Shown: piece after piece, positions 48,433 through 61,569 of the stretch | Numbering within the stretch: position 1 is the first letter of the stretch | Layout of the letters: each line of letters starts with the position of its first letter | Assembly (NCBI GenBank): GCA_951406725.2 | Contig: OX597815.1 | Location: 51,832,001-51,896,000 of the forward strand | DNA from: Octopus vulgaris | Lineage: Eukaryota | Direction: 5' to 3' | DNA length: 64,000 nt | Translations under genes and position numbers: made by a program | The notes under the pieces: generated by a model | The model's database searches: none | The model's input: only the letters and a program-made list of their open reading frames with translations | What the model was told of the DNA's origin: nothing

Positions 48433-51400
48433 TATCATCATCATCATCATCATCATTTAACGTCCGCTTTCCATGCTAGCATGGGTTGGACGGTTCAACT
48501 GGGGTCTGGGGAGCCCGAAAGCTGCACCAGTCCAGTCAGATCTGGCAGTGTTTCTACAGCTGGATGCCCTTCCTAACGCCAACCACTCCGAGAGTGTAGT
48601 CGGTGATTTTATATGCCACCGACACAGGTGCCAGACGAGGCTGGCAAACGGCCACGCTCGGAAGGTGTTTTTATGTGCCACCGACACAGGTGCCAGATGA
48701 GGCTGGCAAACAGCCACGATCGGATGGTGTTTTTATGTGCCACCGACACAGGTGCCACGTGCCCACGGATGGTGTTTGTTACGTGCCCACGGACGCCAGT
48801 CGATGCGGTACTGGCTACGGCCACGTTCGGATGGTTTTCTTGTGTGCCACGTGCCACCAGCACTGGTACCACAAAGATACAAATTCCATTGATGTTCATC
48901 TATTTTGATTTGTTTTGATTTGATTTGATTTTCAGTTGCCTCAACAGGTCTTCACAAGTGTCACAAGAAGGAAGGTAAGCACAGGTGGACTGACTACGTC
49001 CCAGGTAAGGGCCACGGGTTATGGCCTGACTAGTCTTGCCAGGTCTTCGGATGGTGTTTTTATGTGCCACCGACATAGGTGCCAGATGAGGCTGGCGAAC
49101 GGCCACGATCGGATGGTGTTTGTTACATGCCCACAGCACTGAGGCCAGTCGATGCGGTACTGGCTACGGCCACGTTCGGATGGTTTTCTTGCGTGCCACC
49201 GGCACTGGTACCACAAAGATACAAATTCCATTAATGTTCATCTATTTTGATTTGTTTTGATTTGATTTGATTTGATTTTGATTTTCACTTGCCTCAACAG
49301 GTCTTCACAAGTGTCACAAGAAGGAAGGTATGCACAGTTGGACTGACTACGTCCCAGGTAGGGGCCACAGGTTATGGCCTGACTAGTCTTGCCGGGTCTT
49401 CGGATGGTGTTTTTATATGCCACCGACACAGGTGCCAGATGAGGCTGGCGAATGGCCACGATCGGATGGTGTTTGTTACGTGCCCACAGCACGGAGGCCA
49501 GTCGGTGCGGTACTGGCTACTGCCACGTTCGGATGGTTTTCTTGTGTGCGACCGGCACTGGTACCACAAAGATACAAATTCCATTAATGTTCATCTATTT
49601 TGATTTGTTTTGATTTGATTTGATTTGTTTTGATTTGATTTTGATTTTCACTTGCCTCAACAGGCCTTCACAAGTATCACAAGGAGGGAGGTATGCACAG
49701 GTGGACTGACTACGTCCCAGGTAGGGGCCATGGGATATGGCCTGACTAGTCTTGCCGGGTCTTCGGATGGTGTTTTTATATGCCACCGACACAGGTGCCA
49801 GATGAGGCTGGCGAACGGCCACGATCGGAAGGTGTTTGTTACGTGCCCACAGCACGGAGGCCAGTCGGTGCGGTACTGGCTACTGCCACGTTCGGATGGT
49901 TTTCTTGTGTGCCACCGGCACTGGTACCACAAAGATACAAATTCCATTAATGTTCATCTATTTTGATTTGTTTTGATTTGATTTGATTTGTTTTGATTTG
50001 ATTTTGATTTTCACTTGCCTCAACAGGCCTTCACAAGTATCACAAGGAGGGAGGTATGCACAGGTGGACTGACTACGTCCCAGGTAGGGGCCATGGGATA
50101 TGGCCTGACTAGTCTTGCCGGGTCTTCGGATGGTGTTTTTATGTGCCACCGACACAGGTGCTAGATGAGGCTGGCGAACGGCCACAATCGGATGGTGTTT
50201 GTTATGTGCCCACAGCACGATGGCGCCAGTCGATGCGGTACTGACTACGGCCACATTCGGATGGATTTCTTGTGTGCCACCGGCACTGGTACCACAAAGA
50301 TACAAATTCCATTGATGTTCATCTATTTTGATTTGATTTGATTTTCACTTGCCTCAACAGGTCTTCACAAGTGTCACAAGAAGGAAGGTATGCACAGGTG
50401 GACTGACTAGTCTTGCCGGGTCTTCGGATGGTGTTTTTATGTGCCACCGACACAGGTGCCAGATGAGGCTGGTGAACAGCCATGATCGGATGGTGTTTGT
50501 TACGTGCCCACAGCACGGAGGCCGGTCGATGCGGAACTGGCTACGGCCACGTTCGGATGGTTTTCTTGTGTGCCACCGGCACTGGTACCACAAAGATACA
50601 GATTCCATTGATGTTCATCTATTTTGATTTGTTTTGATTTTCACTTGCCTCAACAGGTCTTCACAAGTGTCACAAGAAGGAAGGTATGCACAGGTGGACT
50701 GACTACGTCCCAGGTAGGGGCCATGGGTTATGGCCTGACTAGTCTTGCCGGGTCTTCGGATGGTGTTTTTATGTGCCACCGACACAGGTGCTAGATGAGG
50801 CTGTCGAACGGCCATGATCGGATGGTGCTTGTTATGTGCCCACAGCACGATGGCCAGTGATGCGGTACTGACTACGGCCACGTTCGGATGGATTCTTGTG
50901 TGCCACCGGCACTGGTACCACAAAGATACAAATTCCATTGATGTTCATCTATTTTGATTTGTTTTGATTTGATTTTGATTTTGATTTTCACTTGCCTCAA
51001 CAGGCCTTCACAAGTATCACAAGGAGGAAGGTATGCACAGGTGGACTGACTACGTCCCAGGTAGGGGCCATGGGTTATGGCCTGACTGGTCTTGCCGGGT
51101 CTTCGGATGGTGTTTTTATGTGCCACCGACACAGGTGCTAGATGAGGCTGGCGAACGGCCACGATCGGATGGTGTTTGTTATGTGCCCACAGCACGATGG
51201 CCAGTGATGCGGTACTGACTACGGCCACGTTCGGATGGATTCTTGTGTGCCACCGGCACTGGTACCACAAAGATACAAATTCCATTGATGTTCATCTATT
51301 TTGATTTGTTTTGATTTGATTTTCACTTGCCTCAACAGGTCTTCACAAGTGTCACAAGAAAGAAGGTATGTACAGGTGGACTGACTACGTCCCAGGTAGG

Positions 51401-51437
51401 GGCCACGGGTTATGACCTGACTAGTCTTGCCGGGTCT
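48433..51437 (-). repeat. Tandem array (~300-360 bp unit, ~8 copies) derived from an RTE 3' UTR
   Basis: Anchor TTGCCTCAACAGG recurs at ~48934, 49286, 49649, 50012, 50346, 50642, 50989, 51324; array starts with the RTE (CAT)n tail. Confidence 0.92.
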
Positions 51438-51528
51438 TATTCATATATATATATATATTTATATATATTCATATATATATATATATATTCATATATATAT
51501 ATATATTTATATATATTCATATATATAT

Positions 51529-51945
51529 CAAAATAGATGAACATTAATGGAATTGTATCTTTGTGGTACCAGTGCTGGTGGCACACAAGAAAACCATCCG
51601 AACGTGGCCGTAGCCAGTACCGCATCGACTGGCCTCCGTGTTGTGGGCACGTAACAAACACCATCCGATCGTGGCCGTTTGCCAGCCTCATCTGGCACCT
51701 GTGTCGGTGGCACATAAAAAACACCATCCGAGCGTGGCCGTTTGCCAGCCTCGTCTGGCACCTGTGTCGGTGGCACATAAAATCACCCACTACACTCTCG
51801 GAGTGGTTGGCGTTAGGAAGGGCATCCAGCTGTAGAAACACTGCCAGATCTGACTGGACTGGTGCAGCTTTCGGGCTCCCCAGACCCCAGTTGAACCGTC
51901 CAACCCATGCTAGCATGGAAAGCGGACGTTAAATGATGATGATGA

Positions 51946-51948
<3 letters not shown>
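51529..51948 (+). mobile_element. Inverted RTE 3'-end copy matching the left end of the array
   Basis: Reverse complement of ~48433-48910, sharing the variant GGGGTCTGGGGAGCCCGAAAGCTGCACCAGTCC that other copies in the window lack. Confidence 0.9.
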
Positions 51949-52018
<70 letters not shown>

Positions 52019-52442
52019 TTCATATATATATTCATTCATATATATATATTTTGGCCACTTTCACAGACTTCCATCCAATTCTATTATTATGAATTTGAAT
52101 TGGGAGCTTGAGTCAAAGTAATTCTTTCATTATCTGATTTCACAACCATGGATGCCACCCCTATGGATGCATTGCAATATTTCCATTGATAGAGCCTGGT
52201 GATTCTGACTGTTGATCATCTGGGATTCCTCTGCTCTGTATCAATGTAAGAAGCACTGCTGGCTCAGTTGAGCTCTTCCACTACCTCTTCAATTTGCCAT
52301 GCTGCAGTCCCATGACTTCACCATATCTCTGGCAGGGTGGCTGAATAGGTGCTAGGCTTTGCCAAAGAGCAGCCTGTTATTTTGCAAGGCACAGTCATCA
52401 TTACATGAGGTATTTTCAAAATCCTTGCATACCCACAAACCT

Positions 52443-52478
<36 letters not shown>

Positions 52479-52749
52479 GCAATAATCTCTCATGTTATTG
52501 GTATTTAATGCATTCCTGAAAATCTAAATGTAATGTGAAATCCCAAAATGCAAAATCAATTTTCTAATTTTCAGGTTATAAATTGAAATATGCCAAAAAA
52601 GAAAAAGAAGAAAAAACAACCAAAAACAAGTTTTGTGTATGAAAATGAAAGTTTCCAAACACACACAGTACAAAATCTGTATAAAAATACATTTGGAAAA
52701 AATAAGAATCTTAATATTGTAATAAGTTAGATCACATAGGATTGTTGCA

Positions 52750-53700
52750 GGCTTTTTTTAATCTCAATTAGTGTTGTTTTTAGGCAAGGCCTTTTGCTAC
52801 TTTTGGTTTGTTGGTTGAGGTGATTTGCAACCTTCGTCTGTCATCTCATGAAGATATTCCTCTCCCTTGGAATCTTGTTCCTATTTGTTTTGGCCTTGTG
52901 CTCTGGGACATATTTCTGGCATGTGACTTGCACAACAAACATGAAATATTCTAGTTTCATGCCAATGTCTGGTGTGGAGTGATATTTCAACCAGTCCTGT
53001 CTGAGGATCTCTTTTTGGATCTCTTTGTGGAAGTTGAGATTGGAGAGATTTCGGGTGCTTCCTTTAGGCTGTATGTCTCTGGTGACTTTTGGCCCAAACA
53101 TGGACAGCTCTATTATGTTGTGATCCAAGACTAATGTTGGCGATGTCCATATTGTTCATGAAGCAGAGATCCAAAATGTTATTCCCCTAGTTGGTCTGAG
53201 CAGAAGTTGCTCTATGAATAGAGCACTGGTGAGGTTGAGCAAGGACTCCACCTGTGCTTGTTTGCAATGAGTCATTCCTGAGAGCGTGAGGCCTTCATGC
53301 CATTTGACATTGGAGAAGTTGAAATCACCCATAAGAATTAAGCTCACATTGTTTTCCAGATGTATGGGGATTTCTTTAATTCTTGTGAGGCAATCTTCAA
53401 ACTTGCCTATGTGGCTTGGGGCATCTGGTGGGCAATATATATTGCATATGACTATATTGTGATGTATTATGTATACAAATAGTGTCACATACTGAATTTG
53501 AGTATGACAGTAAGACCTGGGGGTGTGAGGTCATCACAGATGTATACAGCAACTCCACCATGGCTCCTTTCCACTCTGTCTGTTCGCAGTATGGTATATT
53601 TTGGTACATGTACTTCTGCATCCTCTATATCAGGGCTGAGGTGAGTTTCCACAAGTGGTATGCATAGGGCTTGATTGCATGCAGCAAGGTCTCTCAAGAA
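52750..53700 (-). mobile_element. Decayed CR1/L2-type LINE, apurinic endonuclease domain
   Basis: ETHL, RTDR..RSHGGVAVYI, NIYCPP, MGDFN, PTRG and DHNII motifs across frameshifted ORFs; possible RT 3' remnant at 52150-52400. Confidence 0.85.
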
Positions 53701-53735
53701 AAAAATTTTGCTTTTATAATATTTGGATTTTGTTA

Positions 53736-53785
<50 letters not shown>

Positions 53786-53885
53786 ATATATATGAATACA
53801 TGTATAAATATATATGTATATATATACATATATATACATATATATAGCATGGAAAGCGGACGTTAAACGATGATGATGATGATGA

Positions 53886-53921
<36 letters not shown>

Positions 53922-53941
53922 AAATATATATATAAATATAT

Positions 53942-54285
53942 ATCATCATCATCATCATCATTTAACGTCTGCTTTCCATGCTAGCATGGGTTGGATGATT
54001 TGACTGAGGTCTGGCGAACCAGACTCCAATCTGATCTGGCAGAGTTTCTACAGCTGGATGCCCTTCCTAACGCCAACCACTCCGAGAGTGTAGTGGGTGC
54101 TTTTATGTGCCATCGGCATGCAGGCCAGTTTGTTGGTACTGGCAACGGCCACGCCCAAATGGTGCTTTTTATGTGCCACCTGCACAGGAGCCAGTCCAGC
54201 GGCACTGGCGACGACCTCGCTCAAATGTTTCACGTACTACTAGCACATGTGCTAGTAAGGCGACGTGGTAACGATCACGCTTGAA
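53942..54285 (-). mobile_element. RTE 3'-end copy
   Basis: (CAT)n plus TTAACGTC... family sequence; further copies at 54680-55092 and 55899-56436. Confidence 0.8.
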
Positions 54286-54289
54286 TAGG

Positions 54290-54563
54290 GTGTTATAGTG
54301 AGAAATGAATCCTAGGTGTTCATGAGTTGTACTTTTAGAAACTTCCAACTCCTCTGCAAGTTCTCTAGTTGTGATATTCGAGTTTTCTTTGAATTTTGCC
54401 TTCAAAACATTTTCATACAATTTTGAAGGTCTTTCACTACAACAATCATCTTCCAAACTAAACTCTCCAGTTTTAAATTTTGCGAACCACCTTCGAACAG
54501 TTGATTTCACCTACAGCATCACCACCATAAACTTCACAAATGTTTTCGCAAGCCTTTGCAGCA
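54290..54563 (-). mobile_element. Mariner transposase N-terminal (HTH) fragment
   Basis: STVRRWFAKFKTGEFSLED...RPS...TTRELAEELEVSKST in ORF 54169..54510. Confidence 0.85.
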
Positions 54564-54595
<32 letters not shown>

Positions 54596-54597
54596 CC

Positions 54598-54631
<34 letters not shown>

Positions 54632-54682
54632 CCACCACCACCACCACCACCATTACCATCACCATCATCATCATCACCATCA
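54564..54682. repeat. (CAT/CAC)n tract, expanded RTE tail
   Basis: Direct inspection; contiguous with the RTE copy at 54680. Confidence 0.9.
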
Positions 54683-55753
54683 TTGTTTAACGTCTGCTTT
54701 CCATGCTAGCATGGGTTGGATGATTTGACTGAGGACTGGCAAACCAGATGGCTGCACTAGGCTCCAATCTTGATCTGACAGAGTTTCTACAGCTGGATGC
54801 CCTTCCTAATGCCAACCACTCCGAGAGTGTAATGGGTGCTTTTATGTGCAACTGGCACGAGGGCCAGTCAGGCGGTACTAGCAACGGCCACAAAAAAAAT
54901 CATTTTTTTTTACATGTCACCTGCACACCAGCACAAGTGCCAGTAAGGCGATGCTGGTAACGATCATGCTCAAATGGTGCTTTTTACATGCCACCGGCAT
55001 GAATGCCAGTTAGCCACTCTGGCAACGATCACGCTCGGATGGTGCTCTTAGTGCTCCACTAGCACAGATGCGAGTCATCGAATTTGATTTTCAAGAAAAA
55101 CATTACAACACGAATATGAAGTTTTTGGTCGTCCATTTCAAATATCAATAAAGGGTAACCGGAATGAAAGATAAATCTAGTTTTAGTCAGGAACAAAGAA
55201 GAGATGCACGACCACTTCAAGCAATGCTGAAGTTTTAACTGTGTTACATTTCAGGTGTGTTCAATGAAGCATTAAAAGATTCAACTTAAAAACGCTCAGA
55301 ACTTTCTGGACAACTTAATAGGTAGACAGACAAACAGACAGACATACAGGTAGGTAGGTAGATAGACAAAACAAAAGAATAAAAGGACAATACAAGTCAA
55401 GCCATGATTATGATGATATATGTATTGATAGAAATGGTAAGACAACAAAAGAATGAAAGAGACCTTGATATTATATAAATAGAAAAATTTATCTGTAAAT
55501 ATATGTGACAATTATTTGGTTGCCATGATAAAACTCTGAGTTTCAGATGTCGGGGCAGAAACTCACGGTTCATACACACGTCTATATACGCACATGCAAA
55601 AGAAAACACAGGCCTAGAGGCAAAATACATATAAAAAATAAGTAATAAGAATAAAACATGTAAAACATGTTCGTTGTCTATCTCCTTAGCCTCTTGGAGG
55701 TTTGGGGTAAAATTATACTAATGTGTCCTAATTTAATTAAATTCTATGTCTTT

Positions 55754-55847
55754 GTGCAGCTGAAGATTGCTCTACATTTTAAATTGATGTAATGAAAAGA
55801 TTGCATTGTTCGATTAAATGGAGTCGCATGAAACGATTGTACTGCAT
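55754..55847 (+). ncRNA. Type I hammerhead ribozyme with extended stem II
   Basis: GTGCAG-CTGAAGA-[long irregular hairpin]-GAAA-C-GATT-GTA|CTGCAT; closing pair of stem II is U.U. Confidence 0.7.
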
Positions 55848-56436
55848 TACCGCTGGATATCCTTGTTACTTATTTTGATTATATATATATATAATAATCA
55901 TCATCATCGTTTAATGTCCGCTTTCCATGCTAGCATGGGTTGGACGATTTGACTGAGGACTAGCAAACCAGATGGCTGCACCAGGCTCCAATCTTGATCT
56001 GGCAGAGTTTCTACAGCTGGATACACTTCCTAACGCCAACCACTCCGAGAGTGTAGTGGGTGCTTTTACGTGCCACTGGCACGAGGGCTAGTCAGGCGGC
56101 CATGCTCAAATGGTATTTTTACGTGCCACCTGCACAGGAGCCGGTCCAACAGCACTGGTAACGACCTCGCTCAAATGTTTTTTCACGTGCCACCGGCACA
56201 AGTACCAGTAAGACGACATTGGTAACGATCACACTCGAATGGTGCTTTTTACATGCCACCGGCATGGAAGCCAGTTAGCCGCTCTGGCAACAATCACACT
56301 CGGACGGTGCTCTTAGTCATCGAATGCCAGTCATCGAATTTGATTTCGATTTCACTTGCCTCAACAGGTCTTCGCAAGCAGAGTTTAGAGTCCAATGAAG
56401 GAAAGGTATGCATAAGTGGGCTGGTTACACCCCTGG

Positions 56437-56471
<35 letters not shown>

Positions 56472-56559
56472 TATATGTAGTAAAGACTGTTTGCCCCAGG
56501 AGACATCGTCTCTAGCTGGCTACATGACACGATCTGTTTCCTTATATTTTTGAACAAGG

Positions 56560-57144
56560 GAATCTAGCATCCTCAGCCCTAACAAACAAGCGATTCCACA
56601 AGCAAAACAAGACCTTCGTCCTTGAAAGACCATGTGTGTATGGTGGGACTGGGAAGGCATAATTCATTATGAACTGCTTGAGTGTAACCAAACACTCAAT
56701 GCAGTGCTCTATGTTCAACGACTGCACCAACTCAACAAAGCAATTTAGCAAAAAAGACAGAATAGGCAAAATGGCATTCTTCTGCAACACGACAACGCCT
56801 GTCTTCACATTGCCAATATGACCAAATCTGCACTTCAAGAACTCAGATGGGAATTGCTGCCTCATCCTTCATATTCTCCAGACTTGGTACTGTCAGATTT
56901 TCATCTCTTTCAACTACTTTCAAATGCTTTGCACAGTGTATTGCTCAATAATGACATGGAATTGAGGGCTTGATTGGATGAATTCTATAAGTCAAGACCA
57001 GGAGATTTCTATTACCAAGGCATTGAAATACTTATTGAATGATGGGAGAAAGTCGTAAACAATGAAGAGTATATTATTCATTAATTTGTATTTTTTTTTT
57101 GTTTAAATTTGAAAAAAACGCACATGAATTATTCCTCAACCCAA
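56560..57144 (+). mobile_element. Mariner transposase catalytic half (pseudogene) with 3' TIR
   Basis: CVWWDWEGIIHYELL, LQHDNA, PHPSYSPDLVLSDFHLF, WEKVV with internal stops; ends ...CAACCCAA|TA. Confidence 0.9.
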
Positions 57145-57159
57145 TATATTTACATACAA

Positions 57160-57973
57160 ATAGACTCCCTGGTATTCCAGGAGGGATCCCTAGATGTAGT
57201 AAACAGTTTCTGTTACTTAGGTGAACAAGTTCCAAAGCATAGCTACTAGAATAAGAATAGGCTGGGTGAAGTTCAAAGAGCTACCACCTCTGTTTGTAAT
57301 GAAGGGTCTTTCCCTCAGAGTGGAAGGCAGATTGTGTGATGCCTGTGTACGAACAGCTATGCTACATGGAACTGAGACATGGGCTGTGACTACTGAGGAT
57401 ATGTGAAAACTTGGAAGAAATGAAGCCACTATGCTTCACTGGATGGGTAATGTCAATGGAATGGCCATATAATGCATATGAATGAAGGAAGTTCCATCAA
57501 TAGGTACCAATCTCTAATTGTAGAGGGAACATGTGGAAGAGGTAGACCCAGGAAGACATGAGACAAAGTGGTGAGAAAGGATCTATAGACATTGGGACTC
57601 ACAAAGGGGATGACAGAAGACTCAAACTCCTGGTGATTTGCTGTGCTTGAAAAGAGATACATCAAGCTAAGTAAAAGCATGGTTGCCTTCACATACAGGC
57701 TTGTTCACTGCAACCCTCTCCAGCTGAGCATCCCTAATTTTATGGGTTCGTAGGTGCTGGTGCCACATAAAAAGTACCCAGTGCTGCATAAAAGCATCCA
57801 GTACACTCTGTTAAGTGGTTGGCATTAGGAAGGGCATCTAGCTGTAGAAACCATACCAAAACAGACATGGAACCTGAACAGCCCTTCAGCTGGTCAGCTC
57901 CTGTCAAACTGTCCAATCCATGCCAACATGGAAAACGAACATTAAATAATGATGATGATGATGATGATGATGA
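57160..57973 (+). mobile_element. 5'-truncated RTE LINE: ORF C-terminus, 3' UTR and (GAT)n tail
   Basis: RIRIGWVKFKEL...GRLCDACVRTAMLHGTETW and GRGRPRKT; its 3' UTR identifies the abundant (CAT)n-TTAACGTCC repeats as RTE ends. Confidence 0.88.
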
Positions 57974-58406
57974 TATATATATATGTATGCATACATAGGA
58001 TGTATCTTGGTCTTTAGACTATCCTTGCATGTTGGAAGCAGTGATTAAAAGGGTTGGTGTTGTGAAGAGCATCCGAATGGAACAGTGACTTGAAAAGTTA
58101 CGTTAAAACCCATGACAATATAGAAAGGTAGATGTAAAGATGATGATGATACATAACATGGATGTATGGATGTACATACAGGTAAGTGGGTCCAATAACC
58201 CTTATGGAAGTATATCTTTACAGATATATATACCATATATTATATATATTATAATTTCATTTGGGTGTTAATTCTGGAGTTTACCCTATTAATTTCATCC
58301 ATGGGCCCAGGCTATCAAACAAATTGTAATCTGGAGATTGTTTTTAATATCAAAACCTATCAAAAAATCCACAAACATCCACAGGGTTTCTACAATTAAA
58401 ATCAAA

Positions 58407-58562
58407 GAGAATGGAGTGAGCAAGTCCTTTTATTTCATTGATTTGCAATTGTTTCATTGAACACTGATCTCATGAGCATTGCTATATTATTGAATAATAT
58501 AGCAGTGCTTATGTGACCAGTTGTAAATCAATGAAATAAAAGGACTTTCTCACTCCATTCTC
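58407..58562. repeat. Long near-perfect palindrome
   Basis: GAGAATGGAGTGAG.AAGTCCTTTTATTTCATTGATTT ... AAATCAATGAAATAAAAGGACTT.CTCACTCCATTCTC, with inner GCATTGCTATATTAT/ATAATATAGCAGTGC. Confidence 0.9.
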
Positions 58563-61422
58563 CTTGGGTATTACACACATGTATATGGTATACTGATATA
58601 TACACCAAATACTTTGTATATGTATACATGTACATAGAGGTATACAAATATGCAACCTAATATATAAACATGGGTAGATGTCTCAAACAATAGGTACATA
58701 TGGAGGAGTGCTTGTTGGCATATATAACTATGTGCAGCAGTATTAGAACATATACACATTACCAATGTGACTATAGCTCAGATCATGTATATGTTGGTAC
58801 ACACTGAAAAACAAATGTTCATTGAGAGGCTTATAAATGTACTACTGAGAGGAAGACTAAGTGTTGTTATATGGGGGAAGATGCAGTGGTTCATATAATC
58901 TTATAGTTGGAGTTATAGGGTTACATAGTTATGGACAAGCAAAAATGGATGTTTGCAGATGAAAATAATGTAAGTATTGGAAATGTAAAGAAGCAGATTT
59001 CATTTGATGCATATAGTGAAAAGGTGGTTTGTATTTCATGAGTACATGGAAAGACACAAATATATGCATATGGGTTAATGTCAAGGTTGAGGATTAATGA
59101 GGTTAATGTTAGGGGTTACATAATTAGGTAAATGTTGTTATGTAATGAATGATGTTTTTTATTGTAGTTTGGACTGCAGAGATATTATTGCTTTTCTGAT
59201 TTTTTTTCCATGTTAAATTTTTTCTATTTTTAACGGTAAGTTATGATTTGAGGGAAATTTGAATGCTACTTTTAACAGTGAGTGAATATAGACTGTCTTG
59301 CTGGGCACACCCATTACTATAGCTTAAACCAGGACAGTGATGATCAAGCAGACAAATGAATAGATATATTTCATATATGACCAATCCAACTTTCCTCAGG
59401 CCATCATTATTAAATGTTTTGTTTTTTTAAAGTAATGTAGTGTAATTTGAGGAAGACTTAGCTTTTATTCCAAGCACATCAAATGACCACATAAAGATGT
59501 TACTATTGTTGTTGTTAGTTGTAGTGCAGAATTGTTTTCTAGTACTTTTAAAGCATACAAATCAGAAAATGAAATTAGCAATCAAGTATTGAATGACACT
59601 TGATTTATTGTAGCACATTGCCTGCAAATGGGACACACAAAGTGTTTGCTGTAAACCATATATCAAAATGTATACAAAATTTATGAGATCCATATTTAAT
59701 AAGGAGTAAAAGAGAGAGAATGCTAAAGACAGAGTGAGTTTCCCTTAAGACAGTGTGTTTTGGAGTATAGAATCTAATGTATCAATATTGTAACTGCATT
59801 ATTTACTGTAATATGGCAGGGTTTGGAAAGTAAAATAGAGCAAACAGATAATGAAGGTAATGAAAGTCTTTTTTTTATTTACTAGACCATGACACTTTAT
59901 GAATATATTACAACTGGAATAAGGCAACAACCTAGCAGAATCATTAGCATGCTAGGCAAAATGCTTAGCGGCATTTTATCCATCCTTACATTCAGAGTTC
60001 AAATTCCGCTGAGGTCAACATTTCCTTTCATCCTTTCCAGAGTCAATAAAATAAGTACCAGTTGGACACTGGGGTCAATGTAATCAACTTACCCTCTCCC
60101 CCAAATTTGCTGGCTTTGTGCCAAAATTTGAAACTAACATATTACAACTGGAAAAAAGAAGAAAGAAAAGAAACAGTTGGATTTTTTTCTTTTTTCACAT
60201 TGTGAATTGCTGATGTTGAAAACATATAAATATAAAGACAGTATTAAAGAGAAAATGCTTAAAGATAAATTCTGAGGGTGGTTGGAATAAGAAAGTGAAT
60301 TTGTGAAGAAATTGTATTTTAGCTGTATGTTTGAAGCAGGTATAAATCAGAAAATGAAATTCTTGAGCAAATATTGGCAGTATGTTTCTGCATGGTGGTT
60401 TATGATAGAAAGAGAGGGAAAGATCATGCTGACCTAAGAATATAAGGAAGTGTCTTTTAAATATACATTTTTTTTTGTGATATGCTATATTTATGCATAC
60501 ATAGAGGAAAGCTACAAATTACTTGGGAAAAAACCACAAATTAAAAAAAATGCAAATTAGAAAATGATATCGGACAGTGAATTTTGAAATATATTTACCT
60601 AGTGAAGTTTATTGTCAATGAACACACTGTTTGGCATATATATAATGTCAATATGCAAAGAAACATTTGTGCAAAAGAATAAATTTTAAGGAACTTTGTT
60701 GACAAATGACAACAGAAATGAAATAGCAAGTATAATAATCAATGATCAGCCTAACTGAAAAAGAATACTGCATGTTAGCCTTGGTTTCCACAAATGTATT
60801 CTATAAATGGTAAATTGAGTTTGTGAAACAAGTGGATAAATAAACGAGCAGAAATTATGGTTGACTTCTGCACATGCAAGCACAAATGAACAAAAGACAT
60901 GGGAGAATTGTATTTCTCGTGTATAAACACACACTTATAATGAAACAAAACGGATGAAGACATTTGGTGTGTGCATTAGCAATCATGTATGCACGGAATG
61001 TGCACAAGCTAGGAAAACATAAAAAACAGAACTAATGAAAATTATCTCATCAGCTATCTCACTAAGTGTACTCAAGGCATTGGAACTGCATACCTTTAGT
61101 GCAATGGTTTATGATGGTATGCTAATCCTTTATTCTTTCTTTTATATTTTTACCATTTGCACACATTCCTTGCACACACACACATATGTACATGGATATA
61201 ACTTACCAAGCTATCTAATTGTCTATATGTATATATGTGTGTGTATATGTATTTGTCTAACTACATTATATGTATTGCCTACCAGCCACATGATTCCAGG
61301 TTCAGTTCCACTGCATGTGGTACCTTGGGCAAGTGTTTTCTACTATAGCTTCGGGCCAACCAAAGCCTTGTGACTGGATTTGGTAGATGAAAACTGAAAG
61401 AAGCCCATTGTATATGTATGTT

Positions 61423-61467
<45 letters not shown>

Positions 61468-61494
61468 GTAATACAATATGTAACAACTATTTGG

Positions 61495-61569
61495 TTGCCA
61501 TAATAAAACTCTGAGTTTCAGATGTTGAAGCAGAAACCTGCACCAGCATCTCTTCAGTTATTGAGGCAA
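61495..61569 (-). ncRNA. Hammerhead-like motif (non-canonical)
   Basis: Minus strand TTGCC.TC.AATAA-CTGAAGA-GATG..CATC-T-GAAA-C-TCAGA-GTT|TTATT.AT.GGCAA; one extra nucleotide before GAAA. Confidence 0.5.

Noticed and set aside
48433-51437. Regular repeats resembling a CRISPR array or a repeated-ORF gene cluster
   Set aside because: Whole units repeat with no unique spacers, there are no cas genes, and the context is eukaryotic. The ORFs are chance frames in an RTE 3' UTR.
54371-54728. Poly-His and poly-Ser/Pro ORFs
   Set aside because: Translation of the (CAT/CAC)n retroelement tail.
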